Source of the DNA: Lama glama
Lineage: Eukaryota
DNA length: 64,000 bases
NCBI GenBank assembly: GCA_028534125.1
Contig: CM052817.1
Coordinates: 98,148,001-98,212,000, forward strand
Direction of reading: 5' to 3'
Part shown: piece by piece, positions 23,606 to 37,200 of the stretch
How positions within the stretch are numbered: position 1 is the first letter of the stretch
How the letters are laid out: each line of letters opens with the position of its first letter
Notes under the pieces: model-generated
Seen by the model: the letters and a program-made list of their open reading frames with translations, nothing else
Told to the model about the DNA's origin: nothing
The model's database searches: none
Position numbers and translations under genes: made by a program

Positions 23606-26076
23606 GAGCAGGAGTCATAGCTCGGATTTGGTCACGCAGCAGCTACCCAGAGCACTGCATTAGCACACTCAGGTGCTCTGTGAACCTCAGATGGAGGCTT
23701 GCTGGCTCAGTGCTGGTCTGATGATGAGACAGCGTGATAAAAATGAAGCTTAGTGCCGACAACACAAGTGTAAACTATGAACGGTGTCAGGGAGAAACTG
23801 TGTGGAAGTTCAGGCTGAAACATGTCCCGCACCATGATTTGATAAAATTAATTTTTGAAGATGATTTGGATCATTAAAGTGAAAGAGTTGGGTAAAACTC
23901 CTACTCATCATTCAAGATGCCACTTTCTCTGGAAATATTTCCCTTATCGCATCCCCTCTCCTCCCCAGCCAAACTAGAAGCAATGGCTTCCAGAGATAAA
24001 TACCCAAATCAGAGTATTTATTTTTCAAGTGGTTTTTTTTTTTTTTCCTCTCAACCACACTTGGGGTACTTACCATCTCTACTTTGGAACTGAACGTAAT
24101 ATATTTTGTTCTTTTCAAAGCCATAAGGTATTTGAGAGAAGGGGATCAAGTTTAATTTATTTTTTAAACACTGCTGACATTTACAACATGGTTTACATAT
24201 AGAAAGGCATCAGTGTGTGCCCGCATGCCTACGTGAGTGAGTAAGTGTCCCTGTTATTAAGACAAGGGCATTCAAGTTAAAATTCTGTATCTGGAGACCG
24301 GTGACTGATTCTTGATTCTTAGAAGCACACTTTTTAATGGTAGCATTTCTGAAATCAAAACACGTCTTACATTTGATGCACACATTCAGTATTGTCACTG
24401 TTGATTATGTTGAGGGGAAATGGTAATTCATCAACGGCACATCTTAAAATGAATAGCTGGTTTGAATTGAGAAACTAGAACATAGGTCAAAAGATCTGAC
24501 TTAAAATCAGCTACTGGGTTTACGTGTGTCCATGAGAGAGCACGTGGTTCAATGTGAGGGAAAGGACTTTCCAACCTCGCAGAGAGGTGTGCAGTTCTTT
24601 GCTCAATGCTTGCATTCCCGGAGTGAAGGTAACACTTGCCATGACTAGGCTGCACACTGATCTCCGAGAAACTCCAAGTAAGTGTTTAAAAGAGAGTTGG
24701 CCGCTTGCCCACCTTCCTTCCTGCACTGCTGGGTTCTCGGATGCCAGCCGGTTAACCTCCCAGGCCCCATCGTCCCTGAGATTCATGCCCATCTGTAAAT
24801 ACAGTTGCATCTCTTCGTACACCCTACCATTCCCTTCTGACTCCTTTCATGGTTTGCCTGAACCTTCTCATTCATGATGAAGATTAGTTACTCTGGATGT
24901 GTCAAATCTTCGGTCCACAGCCAATCAGCAGTTGGCCGGTTTGCAAATTAAATCCTTGGTTATGAAGAGACCCAGGAAAGGAGAGAAAACTTGCATCCCA
25001 TAGTGTACCTAGAAGTCTACTTCTAGAAACACGTTCCCTGGCTCTAGATGTGATGACCGCATGATGTGAGCGTGACTTTAATCACAAGGGCAGGGGGCTA
25101 AGCTGCCCACCTTGCAGGACAGGAAACCATCAAGACTGGAGAACCCTCTCCTACTCCCTGCCACCTCCTTTGGGATTATCCATAAGGTTTATAAAAGTGA
25201 ATAAAAGAGAGCCATCCCACACTGCATTACTTGTGAATAATGGCCAGGACAGCCACTTAAGTCTATATATTCAGGAAGTCGCTGGTAGAACAAGAAGGTA
25301 TTCTTATTTCATATACGTGAAATATACTGTTCACGTTTTTTGTTTTTTTTTTCATAGCAGAGCCGTCTAACTGCTACATGTACACGTTTGTGCCTCTGGG
25401 CAGGGATGAGTGGGCAAATGATAAAGAACACGTATTCAGTCAAATTACATTTGAAATGTGATCATCACTACAAAAGACTGTAATTGTCCTTGTGAGTCTA
25501 AAGAGTTAATTTTTTTCCTAGCATGATTTCATTTTACAGCCCAAAGAATCAGATTACTCCCAGAAAAATGCCACTTATACAGGAAAAAAATAAAAGGAGG
25601 CAAGAAAGGGGGTTGACAAAAAAACAGGCTTGAATGCATAATGAATGCTCTGCGACTCATTGATGGACAACCCTTAAAACAAAGCATTGTTGTGTGAAAT
25701 GTTCTCGAGAAGAGACCTCAAGAGTTTATCGAATGAGTTATTGGAAAAGAATTTTTTTTTTCAAATCTGCCAGAAATGTACCAGGCCATTATTGCATCTT
25801 ATAAATTATGTATTATTCTTAGATATGTCATAAAGTCCAACACAAATAAAGGGGAAATGCTGACAAGACAGAAACCGCATTGCAAATATAGAGATAGCTT
25901 CCTGAAGTCGTGGAAAATATCTTCCAAGAATCCCCGTGCCCTGCCTGCCACATTGCACCACTTGGCGTATTTTGCTTCTTTGTATTTGAGGATGTCAGCA
26001 TTTCCATTCCCCAGCAAGATCACCCAATCCCATTTTTCTTCACATGACTCGACTAACAGACCACTAACCCTTTTTG

Positions 26077-26077
<1 letters not shown>

Positions 26078-26110
<33 letters not shown>

Positions 26111-26124
26111 CAGAGAGAGAGAGA
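26078..26124. repeat. compound microsatellite (TG)16 plus (GA)n
   Basis: read directly from the sequence. Confidence 0.95.
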
Positions 26125-26130
26125 ATTAAC

Positions 26131-26222
26131 TATGAAGGTGTTCAGGTTTTGGGGGCATGAACCACACATTCTCCTTGCTAAGCTTTGCGATAAATCTTTC
26201 TCTGTTCCAAAAAAAAAAAAAA
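26131..26222 (+). mobile_element. probable poly(A)-tailed LTR R-region fragment
   Basis: gggcatgaaccac..ttctccttgc..tgcGATAAAtctttctctgttcc followed by A14 at 26209-26222; resembles the ERV LTR poly(A)-signal context. Confidence 0.45.
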
Positions 26223-29149
26223 CAGAAAAGTAAAATGTGATACTGAAAAGAAATCCAATTTTAAAACATCTATTAATACGGTCGCCTCATTTATAGGCAT
26301 CTTTGCAAGACCGCTCAGGACTGCCTTAGCTACTCCAGAGTGTCACATCATGAAACAGCCAGGCGTCCCCAGGCTCTCAGCCTTACGAAGCAGGCCAATG
26401 AAATAGGATGGAAATACTTTTGTTTCAACACTGGGAGACATTAAGTATCTGACCATAAAATATTTTTCGCCTTATTCACCTTTCAGGGTCTTATGAGAAT
26501 GAGTGTGGTTTTAGGTAAAAGCAGAAATGCCAAAGTTGCCTGGTCCCATGAAGACACACCATTGTCTACCTCTTGTTTTATTCTTTGCTCATTACTTATT
26601 TCAGATTCTGGAAGCACATTTTGCTCCCTTGTGGACTTTCCAATGAGTTGCTGCAACTATCTCCCAGGTTCCTTTAGGACAGGCAGACCCTCTGTCTTGT
26701 TTATCGTTGTGTCCACAGAACTGCACCAAAAGTTTCCCAGGTCACAAGGGTTCCATAAACACTCACTGATTTTAACGCATATGTGTGGGGAGTGGGGTGC
26801 ATGGACTCCTCTACCTCCTGCTGCCGTGTGCTTGGAGAACTCACTCTAGGACACCAAGAGTCACACTCCATCTGACCTTTTCTCTGTCGCTGGTGTGCGG
26901 GAGGTCACCTTTATTCCTTTATGTCTGAGAAATCAAACTATATCATGTGAGTATTTGCTACACAACACACCTAAGAAGACAACTTAAGCCTACTGTTAAC
27001 TCCCAGCCAAGTGGCTCAAAATTTTCTTGCTTTCATTTTCTTAATCTTACATCTCAATAAATGCATATTTAATCTCTTTTTTTTTCCAGGAACATTCCGA
27101 TGTACTTTGTAAAGGATTGCACTGGCAATATTCAGATGGTATAAATTAGACTGTTGAATATTTAGGAAAAAGCTGAAAATTTGAGGCACTGTAGTAAAGA
27201 CTACCAAGTGAATTAAGGGACAGTGAGAATAGTGGAAAAAAGGTTGAGTTGTCTGTGAAAGACATGGGAAAAAACAGAATTATTTCAATTTTATACTCTT
27301 CTTTTCACCATATTCAAGATCTTGGAAAAACTAGGATTTGGGGTCATTGATTGGGCCAATGATCATACAGTTCATAGACTCACAGACTTTAACGTAAATG
27401 TGACGCTGACATAAATGTGGAGTGCAGGGCAGTGGGAAGAGTCATGGGCTGGTGGGGAGGAGGCTTTCCTACTAACAGGCTGGGAGACTCCAAGTATCTC
27501 CCTCTCAACTACAGCCTCTGCTAGTGTAAGTGAGGGCATTGGACAGGATTACTTAGTTTCTCTACCATTCCTTGTATTCTATGGAGTCAATCCTGGATTC
27601 TTCTGTCCTCCAGGGCCCCCAGAATCAATCACTCCACAAGGACTCCTGATAATGTCTCCCCATATCTTCTGACCACTTCTCATGGTTCAGACGTTCAGAC
27701 CCTTTTCAATGCAAAGTCTCCTAGTATGTTTTCCTTCCTAACATCTTTCATGACTAATTCATCCTGTACATTTAGTCTCCTCTAACCATGACTTAAACTG
27801 CATCAGCTCCAGCTCCAGGACCTTCCAGGCGGCCCCATGAGCAGAGAACACAATTCGCCTACCTAAGCCCAGGTCCCTCCTCAGCCTGAGTTGCATCTGG
27901 TTTTCATTTGTTCTTTTTTGAGAAGTTAGCTCTTAGCTGACTTCCTATTCCTCCTTTCTAATTAATAGGTCCAAACACGTCTCATTTCTTGATTCCAAAC
28001 ACAACCTTTTTTGATGCACTTTTAGGTCCACTTTCTTTCCTTACATCACTACTACACTGCGAGCTCCTTCCCTATGAGGTCTCTATGGCACTGCCATTCC
28101 CATTCAATGGTTTCTTGCCATTTATTGCTTCAATTACTTGCATCTTCCTGTTAGCATCTCTGTGGCTTTGGGCTAATGACATCATCTCCTAAATCATCAG
28201 CTGCTGTCTGTTAAATATGAACAACAGATATATGCACTCATAGTGGGTTTGGGTTCCCCCAGATAATGTGTACGAAACACTTTGCACTGTTCCTAATAGT
28301 GACAGCCATTACTACATAGAAAATATATATATTGCCCTTTTTCTGTTATAATTACAATAAGGTACAAGACGAGGAAAAATAAAAGTAACTTAGATGTCTG
28401 GATAGAGTGCCTGTGTACACAAATATATGGCTGCTTGTCCAATAATGAAGGAATTGACCAAGAGGATGCGAAATCAGGGAGTGTGAAGAATCTGTGGGCA
28501 CAGAAAAAGAAAAACAAAACTTGCGAACGCTATCATCCTCATTACGGAATTGTCAATACTTTTTTGATAGGAATAATGACAATAAAACCATATTGAGAAG
28601 CGATGCTCCAAGACATATGGCAACACATTTCCCCATGAGGTAAGGGTGGCTGATGGATCCAAGAGCTCAGGGACCCCACCAACACCACCGACTTTGGAGA
28701 GAGGAGGACTGGAAGTGAAGGTGAGCTCTAGGGAAAAGGGGGGTTCCTTTGGCAGCTGTGGGTTGGGCATATCTGAGGGACACAACAGGGGTATGCCCAG
28801 GGTCATGGGCATTTACACATAAGAGGAAGCACATGGTGGGCTTTTCCTCCAAGCAGCAGGTGTGTTCTTGAAGAGGTGGTGGATGAGCAATGAGAGTCCA
28901 CTCCCAGGCCACGCTGGTGCCATTAGCCACTATGAAAAGGCCATGCTGAGACCATGCTTCTCTTTAGGAGATTGCCTCTTACTTACACAGGAAAACACAG
29001 AAAGTAAACGGCCACTGAGCCAAGATTTAAACTCAGCTCTGGTTGGCTAAAAAATGCTAAACAACAGATTGAAAGAACAGAAAAGTCATACGGGATTGAG
29101 TCAAGTTGTGCATCGAATCCATTTTTTTTTAAGTTTGAATAATTGCTAT

Positions 29150-29660
29150 ACCTGTGGTTGCAAAAGTGGCAATTTTAATTCTGAAAATAAAATGTTTGAC
29201 ATTGTGAGATTTTAAAAATAGAAACTAAAAACTGATTATATGAAAAATAATAAAACCAGGAAGTGGATGGGAAGGTAAGGTGTGGTAATGTTTTTATCTT
29301 GCATCCCAGGAAGTCAATGAATACTGTTTTGTTCTTGATATTGATGAAACATTTGGAAATTAAATATGCTTCCAGATAAACTGTGGGTTATTAAATACAC
29401 AGAAACTGAATTTATCAAATGCATGAGGAATAATAATGACAACAATGCATAATAAAAACTATGGAACCTGGCCAAGGCTGAAATTAAAAGCAAATTTACA
29501 TTGTGAAATACTATGATTAAAACAAGGGCTAATGAAGAGGTGCAATAAAGAAAATAAAATATTTCAAAAGAAAGGAGGAATAGAAGAGATTACTAAAATT
29601 ATATACAGAAGTGAGTAAGTATAAGCAAAAAATGGTAAGAATCGATAAATAGTAGAAAAT
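29150..29660 (+). mobile_element. ancient degenerate L1 (L1ME-like) fragment
   Basis: A-rich; aaaactatggaacctggccaaggctg...aaagcaaatttacattg resembles L1 ORF2. Confidence 0.5.
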
Positions 29661-30084
29661 ACTTCCATCATGTGTCTCAGAACTGTCTTACAGATCTTAA
29701 TAACATATGGAATTATGTTTGAGATTGTCTGGTTTAAAATATTGGCTCTGTGGACATCTCAAAATTAATTTAAGAGATCCTGTGGGGCAACTCAAAGCAA
29801 TAAGTTTCCATATTTCAATATGTGAAAACTGAAGACGAAATTTCACCTAAGCTTGAGAAGAGATTAAGATGGTCTGCTGTCAAATACAGGTGATGAGGAA
29901 TACATGAACTTCACTTCGGGAGCCCACGGGAATAACGAAAAGAGAAGGTCATAATCCTACAAATGCCTGGAGCGGCGGCATGGTGAGTAACTCACAGCCT
30001 ACAAAATAGGAGAGATGATGTGTGTCTTAACATATAAGAGAAAGAAACTGGCATTTCAGTATAAATATGCACTCAACAATCAGC

Positions 30085-30580
30085 ATCAAGAACTACGAAG
30101 GATGTGAGACTTTATCCTGCTTTCAAACTAACAAGTTTGCCTACTGCAAATACACCGATGCTGGCAGAAGACACAAAACCCACCAGTCAGAGACAAAAGA
30201 CTTTATGACCGTCATGTTTGTATCAGTTCTTTCACCCCAAGTCGTGGAGGGTGCTGTGGGGTAGCCCAGGTAGACACTGTGTACACAGTGGATTTGCATC
30301 ACAGCTGAGGAACCTGTGGAACCCTAAGCAAGAACCCAAATCTTTATAATGCACAGCACGCAAATCTGTCCGACCTTCATGCCAGAGCGAGATACTATCT
30401 TCGTTATGTTAGGCAGTAAACACATCTGCCTTCTGCTCCAGAGAAGGACGTTACCTGTATCTTTTAAGGCTATTTACTCTCCAACATCCTTGAAATGATA
30501 GTCTAAGACAAAGACCATCCATGCCTCTAGTTCCAACATATACAGAAATGAGGGAGACCTAAGGGCAATTGTCTCTGAAC
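30085..30580 (-). mobile_element. old solo LTR (family not assigned)
   Basis: tgagactttatcctgctttcaaactaacaagtttgcct...gatgctggcagaagacac...cagagacaaaagactttat resembles a recalled eutherian LTR in reverse orientation. Confidence 0.55.
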
Positions 30581-30729
30581 ACACACGCATGCTCTAAATT
30601 GCAGGTGTTGACTTATAACTGCTCTGCCTCTTAGACTTACACTGTGTGTAGCAGGCAACAGAGTAAAAAGGAGCCAGGATTTATCTAACAACGTTGAATG
30701 GTTCTTCCAGGCAATTCAGGAGAGTCCAG

Positions 30730-32045
30730 CCAAAAAAATCCAAGGGTCAATTATTTGAAATTATTTTTAAGGAAAAAACAATAGCTGGACAACCTGTATG
30801 AAAATTTTTTAAATACAGAAAATTAGAAATTAGGAAAGGTAAAAAAACAGATAAAAAGTTCACGAAAGATGCAAAGAAAACCCTATTTTTAACTAAATGA
30901 CGATGTTGATGCAATAGATGATTTTCTAAGAAAACACAAATGATCTAGTTTTTTGGCATTTAACCCCTTCAGCATTCTGGAATAACCTTTTATATAAAAT
31001 GATAGAGATATTGATGTTTTAAAAACTATTAGCTTATCAAATCTCTCTAAATAGCTGATATCTCAAATATCACCAATCATATAATTCATCTTTAATTTAT
31101 TGATTTAAAAAGAGAAAACCCTAAAGTAAAAGAAAATAGCATATCATTAGAGATGGTAAAAAAAAATCTAAATGGTCAGTAGACTTGATTTGCTATTTTA
31201 TTACCATTCATTCTGCAGTAGGAGGTAGTGTGGGGCGCCTATTAAAGAGTCCAGACCTCGCTGCTGGGTAAGAAATCTGGTCACTAGATTTGAATGACTT
31301 GGGTCATGTTACTTTATTCCTGAACATTTTTGTACCTGAGTTTCACCCACTATAAAACGAAGATAATAATTGTACGCACCTCTTACTAGCATTAAATGAG
31401 TTAATAATTAGATTTAAAGGATTTAAAGGATTAAAATAGTGTCTGGGACAAAGCACACACTCAACAGTGTTAACTATTACTTTTTTTTTTACCTTTTTTT
31501 ATTTAGCACACCAAAACATAGCAAATAATTATAGATGACGAAAAGGGTAACATACCCAAGAGGCAGAGTATATGGCTTTAATTTATGAGAAGCTTACAAA
31601 TCTTGAAGAAAAAACGAAGACCCTAATGGAAAACTTGCTTACAGACATAAGCAGATAATACACATATGCAACTATTCAGCAGAAGATAAAGTATTAAAAT
31701 ATTTAATATGACTAACGCTAAAAAATGAAAATAGAAACAACCAGGGTTTTTTTCCCTATCATATTGCCAAGATTAAAATAGGTACCGAAAACGTGTATGA
31801 AAACCCTCGAATACACATTACCAAAAGAATAAGCATAGAGACTTGTTAACTTCCTGGAGGAAATATGTCAATATGGATCAGATCCTAAACCTTTAAAGAA
31901 GGAATCCAACCACTCTAAATTTATTCCCATGATAAAATCAAATATGTCTGTGTTACATGTACATGTTTATCAGAGTGTTATTTATAACAGGAAAACATTA
32001 AAAACAACCTGAATGTCCAACAGTAGAGCACTGAGTATTATAGCA
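30730..32045 (+). mobile_element. ancient degenerate L1 fragments (interrupted by a MIR)
   Basis: tagatgattttctaagaaaacacaaatga; ttccctatcatattgccaagatt; aaacaacctgaatgtccaacagtag. Confidence 0.55.
31215..31480 (+). mobile_element. MIR SINE
   Basis: gacttgggtcatgttacttt...ctgagtttcacccactataaaacgaagataataattgtac..acctc...attaaatgagttaat. Confidence 0.7.
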
Positions 32046-32068
32046 CATCTACAGGGTACCAGGTGCTG

Positions 32069-32238
32069 GGCGGGGACTGGGAGGAGGTGAGAAATGTGCG
32101 CAGGGTACATGATTTAAGGAACCACTGACTCTCAGGGCTGTGCCAGTGCCGACACTGCTCTCACAGGCCTCCAAGGGTGAGAACCTCCTTAAATTCTGCT
32201 ACCAAGTCATTCCTTCTGCCTCGACCTAAGCCAGAGTC
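32069..32238 (+). mobile_element. MER91-like hAT DNA transposon
   Basis: imperfect inverted ends with internal atttaagga ... tccttaaat and actctcagggctgtgccagtgc. Confidence 0.45.
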
Positions 32239-33077
32239 TAAAGATGAGGGTCATTTAAAGTCATGCTATTAAAAATCATCTAATAATTTAAGTCCATATT
32301 TTTATATAGTCCTAATTCAAAATCCAGGCTAGACATATTTACAGAAATATACTAGGATAACCATAGTCTAACCCTCATCCTATTAATTATTTTACATTTA
32401 ATTTCTTAATTTTTTTTTTTTTGCTATTTTGAATAGTGTTTGGATGATCCTTCTCCTTATAGCTAATTCTATCTGTATATTGGAGGTTATTTATTTTTGT
32501 TTTTGTTATTTAGGATTGGGATTATTGGTCAAAGAATGTGAATATTTTTAAGGCCTTTGAAAAAGTTGATTACCTTCCAGAAAGACTCCCGCATCCTTAC
32601 ACCCTCAAGTGGGCAAAGCAATTCTCTAAGACATCCAGACATGTCATATCTTCTACTGAAGCTCAAAGACATGATAAATTTGAATTATTTCCCCAACTCA
32701 CCAATTATAGAACCTTTCACGAAGGCGAAGACTTGGCCGTACACATTTTTGTTTTTCCTTATGTACTTTGCATGTGTACCCCAGTTCTGAAGCCTGCTAG
32801 GCATTCACTGGTTGAGAATTCCTCAGATACATTTTTTCCACCACAATTTTATAGACTTCTCAAACCTATGAGTTCTTTTTTCTTTCTTTCTTTTTGACTC
32901 TCCTGGTAGCAGCAGTATAAATGGAGGCTGGCCAGAAGTTAAGGGAAGACTAAGCATCCAGCTGGTCCCAGCAGCTCCTGTGATTCCACACAAGTCACAG
33001 TGAGGGGGATGCTGAGAAACGGCGAGTTAACATAGAAGGGCTCCTGGAAGAACTCCTCCTCCCTCCACAGAATGCTG

Positions 33078-33435
33078 TTCTTTTTTTTTTTTTTTCTATT
33101 TTATTTCTAATTTTTTTTTAATTGAAATACCATCAGTTACAATGTGTCAATTTCTGGTGTAAAGCACAGTGTCCCAATCATGTATATAAATGCATATATT
33201 AGTTTTCATATTCTTTTTCATTAAAGGTTATTTCAAGATATTGAACATGGTTCCCTATGCTATACAGCAGGAATTTTTTTAAATCTATTTTTATACATAG
33301 TGGCTAACATTTGTCAGTCTCAAACTCCCAAATGTATCCTTTCCCTCCCCTTTCCCCTAGTAACCACAAGATTGTTTACTGTGTCTGAGGGTCTGTTTCT
33401 GTTTTGTAGATGAGTTCATAGTGGCCTTTTTTTTT
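33078..33435 (-). mobile_element. young L1 3' UTR fragment
   Basis: poly-T then attgaaataccatcagttacaatgtgtcaatttctggtgt; similar to 9000-9320. Confidence 0.85.
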
Positions 33436-34004
33436 CTTGCCATGATGGCGGGACTACATGCAAAGTTGACTGCACAGGTGGCTGTTGAGAATTTACTAAA
33501 TTACAATTAGAGCAACAGGATATTAAAACCCACCTACAGAAGAACAGAAAAGAAATAGTTCCAACTCATGTCCATCGTCAAGGTGTATTAGAAAAGGGGC
33601 ATCTCTCTGAAATGTTTTCATGAGATCGACCTCTGTGTCCTAGCTGCCATGTTTGCACCCTCAGGTCACACCTAAATGGACCAGGAGATCCTCTCTTACT
33701 CTTTTTATTTTCCTGCCTACAGTACTGGGAATTTCCACCTAGGTGGTCACATCAGTGATTCAAGCCTGCTGTTTTGGGCAAGTGAGAACACAGAATCCAT
33801 AGTGTCACAGCCAAAGTTTCCTTAGTCACAAGGACACGGCTGAGAACCCACGTGAAGTACCTTGGAGGTTTCTGTGGGTGATGACTTGGCAGCAGATGGC
33901 AATGAGCCCTGCAAGAATGTGCAGTCAGGGGCAAAATGACACCCAAAAGAAATGGGATCGTATTGTCTTCTCAAATTCCTAGAGAGGAGAATGTGGCTTT
34001 GGGT

Positions 34005-34072
34005 TTTTATTTTCTTTATTTTTATTGAAGTTCATTTATAATGTTCTTGGTGTACAGCAAAGTGATTCAGTT

Positions 34073-34108
<36 letters not shown>

Positions 34109-34131
34109 CACATAATATTTTACATGTATGA

Positions 34132-34172
<41 letters not shown>

Positions 34173-34260
34173 TTTTTCTTACTCTTTTCCATTATGGCTT
34201 ATTACAGGATATTGAATATAACTTCCCTGTGCTATTCGGTAGGACCTTGTTGCTCATCTA
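34005..34260 (-). mobile_element. young L1 3' UTR fragment with internal (TA)n expansions
   Basis: ttttattgaag...gtgtacagcaaagtgattcagtt(ta)n...ggatattgaatataacttccctgtgctat. Confidence 0.85.
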
Positions 34261-37200
34261 GAGAACTTGTTACTGAGGCTTTGACATTTGTTTTATTTCT
34301 CTTTTCCTTCCTCTACCTTTTTTTCTGTCTCACTCTTGTATGTATGTGTTCATAAGGGAACTTATGAATTAATCCAAGCAATTAATCCAAGAAATCTGCT
34401 TGTGCTTTTAAAAAACAGGAGGGCGCCAACCTTATTCTATAAGGAATGCTAATTAGTGGGCATATTTGTAATGAGACTAAGGTTTTATTGGTGAACACTG
34501 TGAAATTAAAAAAAAAATTCCCAACCTCTCTTTGAGCAGTTGACCCTGAGATAGTTCTCCCTGTCAAGTAACATGAAATTATATTTATGGTTATCAGTTT
34601 TGAAATTTAAGCTACCAGCTATGAACATTTTAGAAGGTTCACTCCTTCTGTCAGCAAATATGATAATGAAATTAATGATACAGACTGTTTTTTTATTAAA
34701 AAAACTTTATTTCAAACACAATTATGATACAGACTTTAAAAATCTAAAAACAATTACTGACAACAGAAAGAAAAGGAAGCAATCTGAAGCGTTTGGGTTC
34801 CTGAACATCTGAGAGGTCAGGCTTTCGCGGCACCTGCTGTCCCGGCCGTGGTGACCACAGTCTGACTATGTGGTGACAGACTCATCGGAACTGTACACCG
34901 CCAGCCGGTCTGTGCTTCGGTCTCCTGTCCTCAGGGGCCCGTCCCGGGTCCGGTTGACCCCCGTGGCTGTAGTGTGGGCTCTGAGCCTGTGTTATGAACT
35001 GCATGCCTGGCCCATCCATCGGCTGGATGCTGCAGGCCACCTCTACTTGTCAGAAGTCAGCAGGTAGCTACGTGTAGAAAACGACTGAATCCATCTGTGA
35101 AAAGGAGGGTATTCTCCGCATTTACTTTGTTCAGCACAGTTCTGAGCCTTCCATTCCCTGCATCGTGTCAACTGCAGCTTTCCTTTCCTTCCAGCCAGCG
35201 AGAAAGTCTGGTAGTCAGAGATCTCCTGACAAACATAAAATGCAATGAGAGGAAAGAGTCCGAAGTCTTGATTCTGAGTTCTCCTTGAGAATGTGAGCAC
35301 ATTTATGCAATCTGGACCTGCATATTCATCTAATGAATTCAGTTTGGAAATTTGGCTTCCATCGCTACTTCCTAAAAGAGACGGAGTGCCAAGAGGGTGG
35401 CAGCTGAGAGGGGAGGGACAGAAGGCTAGGGAGTGGGCGAGACTAATTGGTCTTGTCACATAACACAGATTAGATTATGTCTGCCGAAAACGAGGAGGGG
35501 GCAGGGGGCCCTGAATCACCGTTTATACCAGGAAGACAGAAAGCCAGGCAACCTCGCGGAACCAGATGCAAAGATAGAAGCACAAGACTCTTGACAAGAA
35601 AACAGGAAAAACTAAATGTAAGACGATTTAACAAAGAAAGAGGCAACGTTTTGCTCTGCAGCCAGATAAGGGAGTTGAGCACCAGAACAGCAAAGTACAA
35701 TCTGATCAGAGTCACGATCACTTCTGAGCATTCACTAAGGCCAGGGCAGGATCTTACCTTGCTAAGCAAGTCCATAGATTTCTTTTTAAATGGGCAAAGG
35801 ATGGGTGGCATTGTGGAGAGTGTTCTAACTACAAAGAAAAATCAACTTTTTAAGAAATTAGGAGTAAAGTTTTTATTACAAATAAGTAACATGATTAACT
35901 GTTAATAATTCTTATCTGTCAAAGAGGAGAGCATCTTAGAATGTCTGAGATAGAATTACTATTACAAGTTACCACATGCTCTACACTGTAAAACTGCGTT
36001 TTAAAACAATACTCTGCAAGCCAAACTTCCGGAGCCCAGGCTGATCGTCCTCTCATTTACCGAGCTGACTAATGCGTGTTGGCTTAGTGAACAAGACTCT
36101 GAAAAGAAGAAAACCAATGTATTCCTCCTCTTCCCTTTCTTCCTACCTAATTGTCCTCCTGCTGCATTCCTTCCCCTGGGTCTTTCTGTCTGCCTTCTTT
36201 TCCTGAGGTACTTGGTCCCCTTCTAGCAAATTCCAATAATTTTCCCAAGAAAACATGAGGAAGGCATAGAAAGCGCTGATGTGTGACTCACAGATTCCTG
36301 TAGAGTGGGGTAGGTTCTCTAACATTACCTTTTCCCTAGACTCTGGAACGCGAATGAAACAGAAATTTCCCACAGGTCTTTCTCTGTTGCCTCTGGCCGT
36401 GGACCAGCGTTAAATCAGCCTCCTTGGGTTTGTCTTCCACACGACATCGGATATCACAAACACCCTCCTTATGAAACCCAGCTGTGAGCTAACTAATGGT
36501 ACCAAAATAGATTTTTCTCTCCTTTTTACTGTTATAACTTCCTGTAAATAGCGGAGCCTGCTCGGCCCCATTAAGCAAATAATCTGAGGATTTTTGCAGG
36601 AGGAACTTTTTATTTAATGGTGGACCTGGTGTGGCATGTTGCATTGTATCAAATAACTTAAGGCTTTTCCTTAATTTTTTTTAAAGATTTCTAAGGGTTT
36701 TCTCGACTTAGTAATTCTTTTCAATCTTTTCTTTTTCTTTTTTTCCATTCTTGGTTGGAATGGTTCCATACTCATTTGCTGTGAAATTGTAATTAGTGAT
36801 ATTCATAGAAAGAATAACATTGAGTTTGGGACTACAGTTGTCACACTTAAGTTCTCCACAGATGTTTCTAGAAGGATGAACACCAAGGTTGCACAACACC
36901 TGTGAAGGGAAAGTAGCACCAACTATTGAACAGCACCAACTATTTTTTTTAACAACAACAACAACAACAAAAATTTATTTTCAGAAATGGCTTACCTGTG
37001 AGCCCAAACTAGAACATTTCTTTCTGAAGGGATGTTGGCCAGGGATCCCTAGCAAGGAAGATTATTACGCTTGGTTTTAGAAATGTTAGAAGGTGACTGT
37101 AGCCCCTAACCTTCCATTTGCAGGATCAGAGATGCCAAAAGGAAGGAACAGGAGAGCGCATGCAGAGGAGGAGACCTGGAGGGTTACAGAGAAAGGTCTT

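Noticed and set aside
35477..35905. Longest ORF in the track (142 aa, ATG start)
   Set aside because: No recognisable homology or domain, an overlapping antisense ORF of similar length, and no supporting gene structure; a BLASTP would be needed to revive it.
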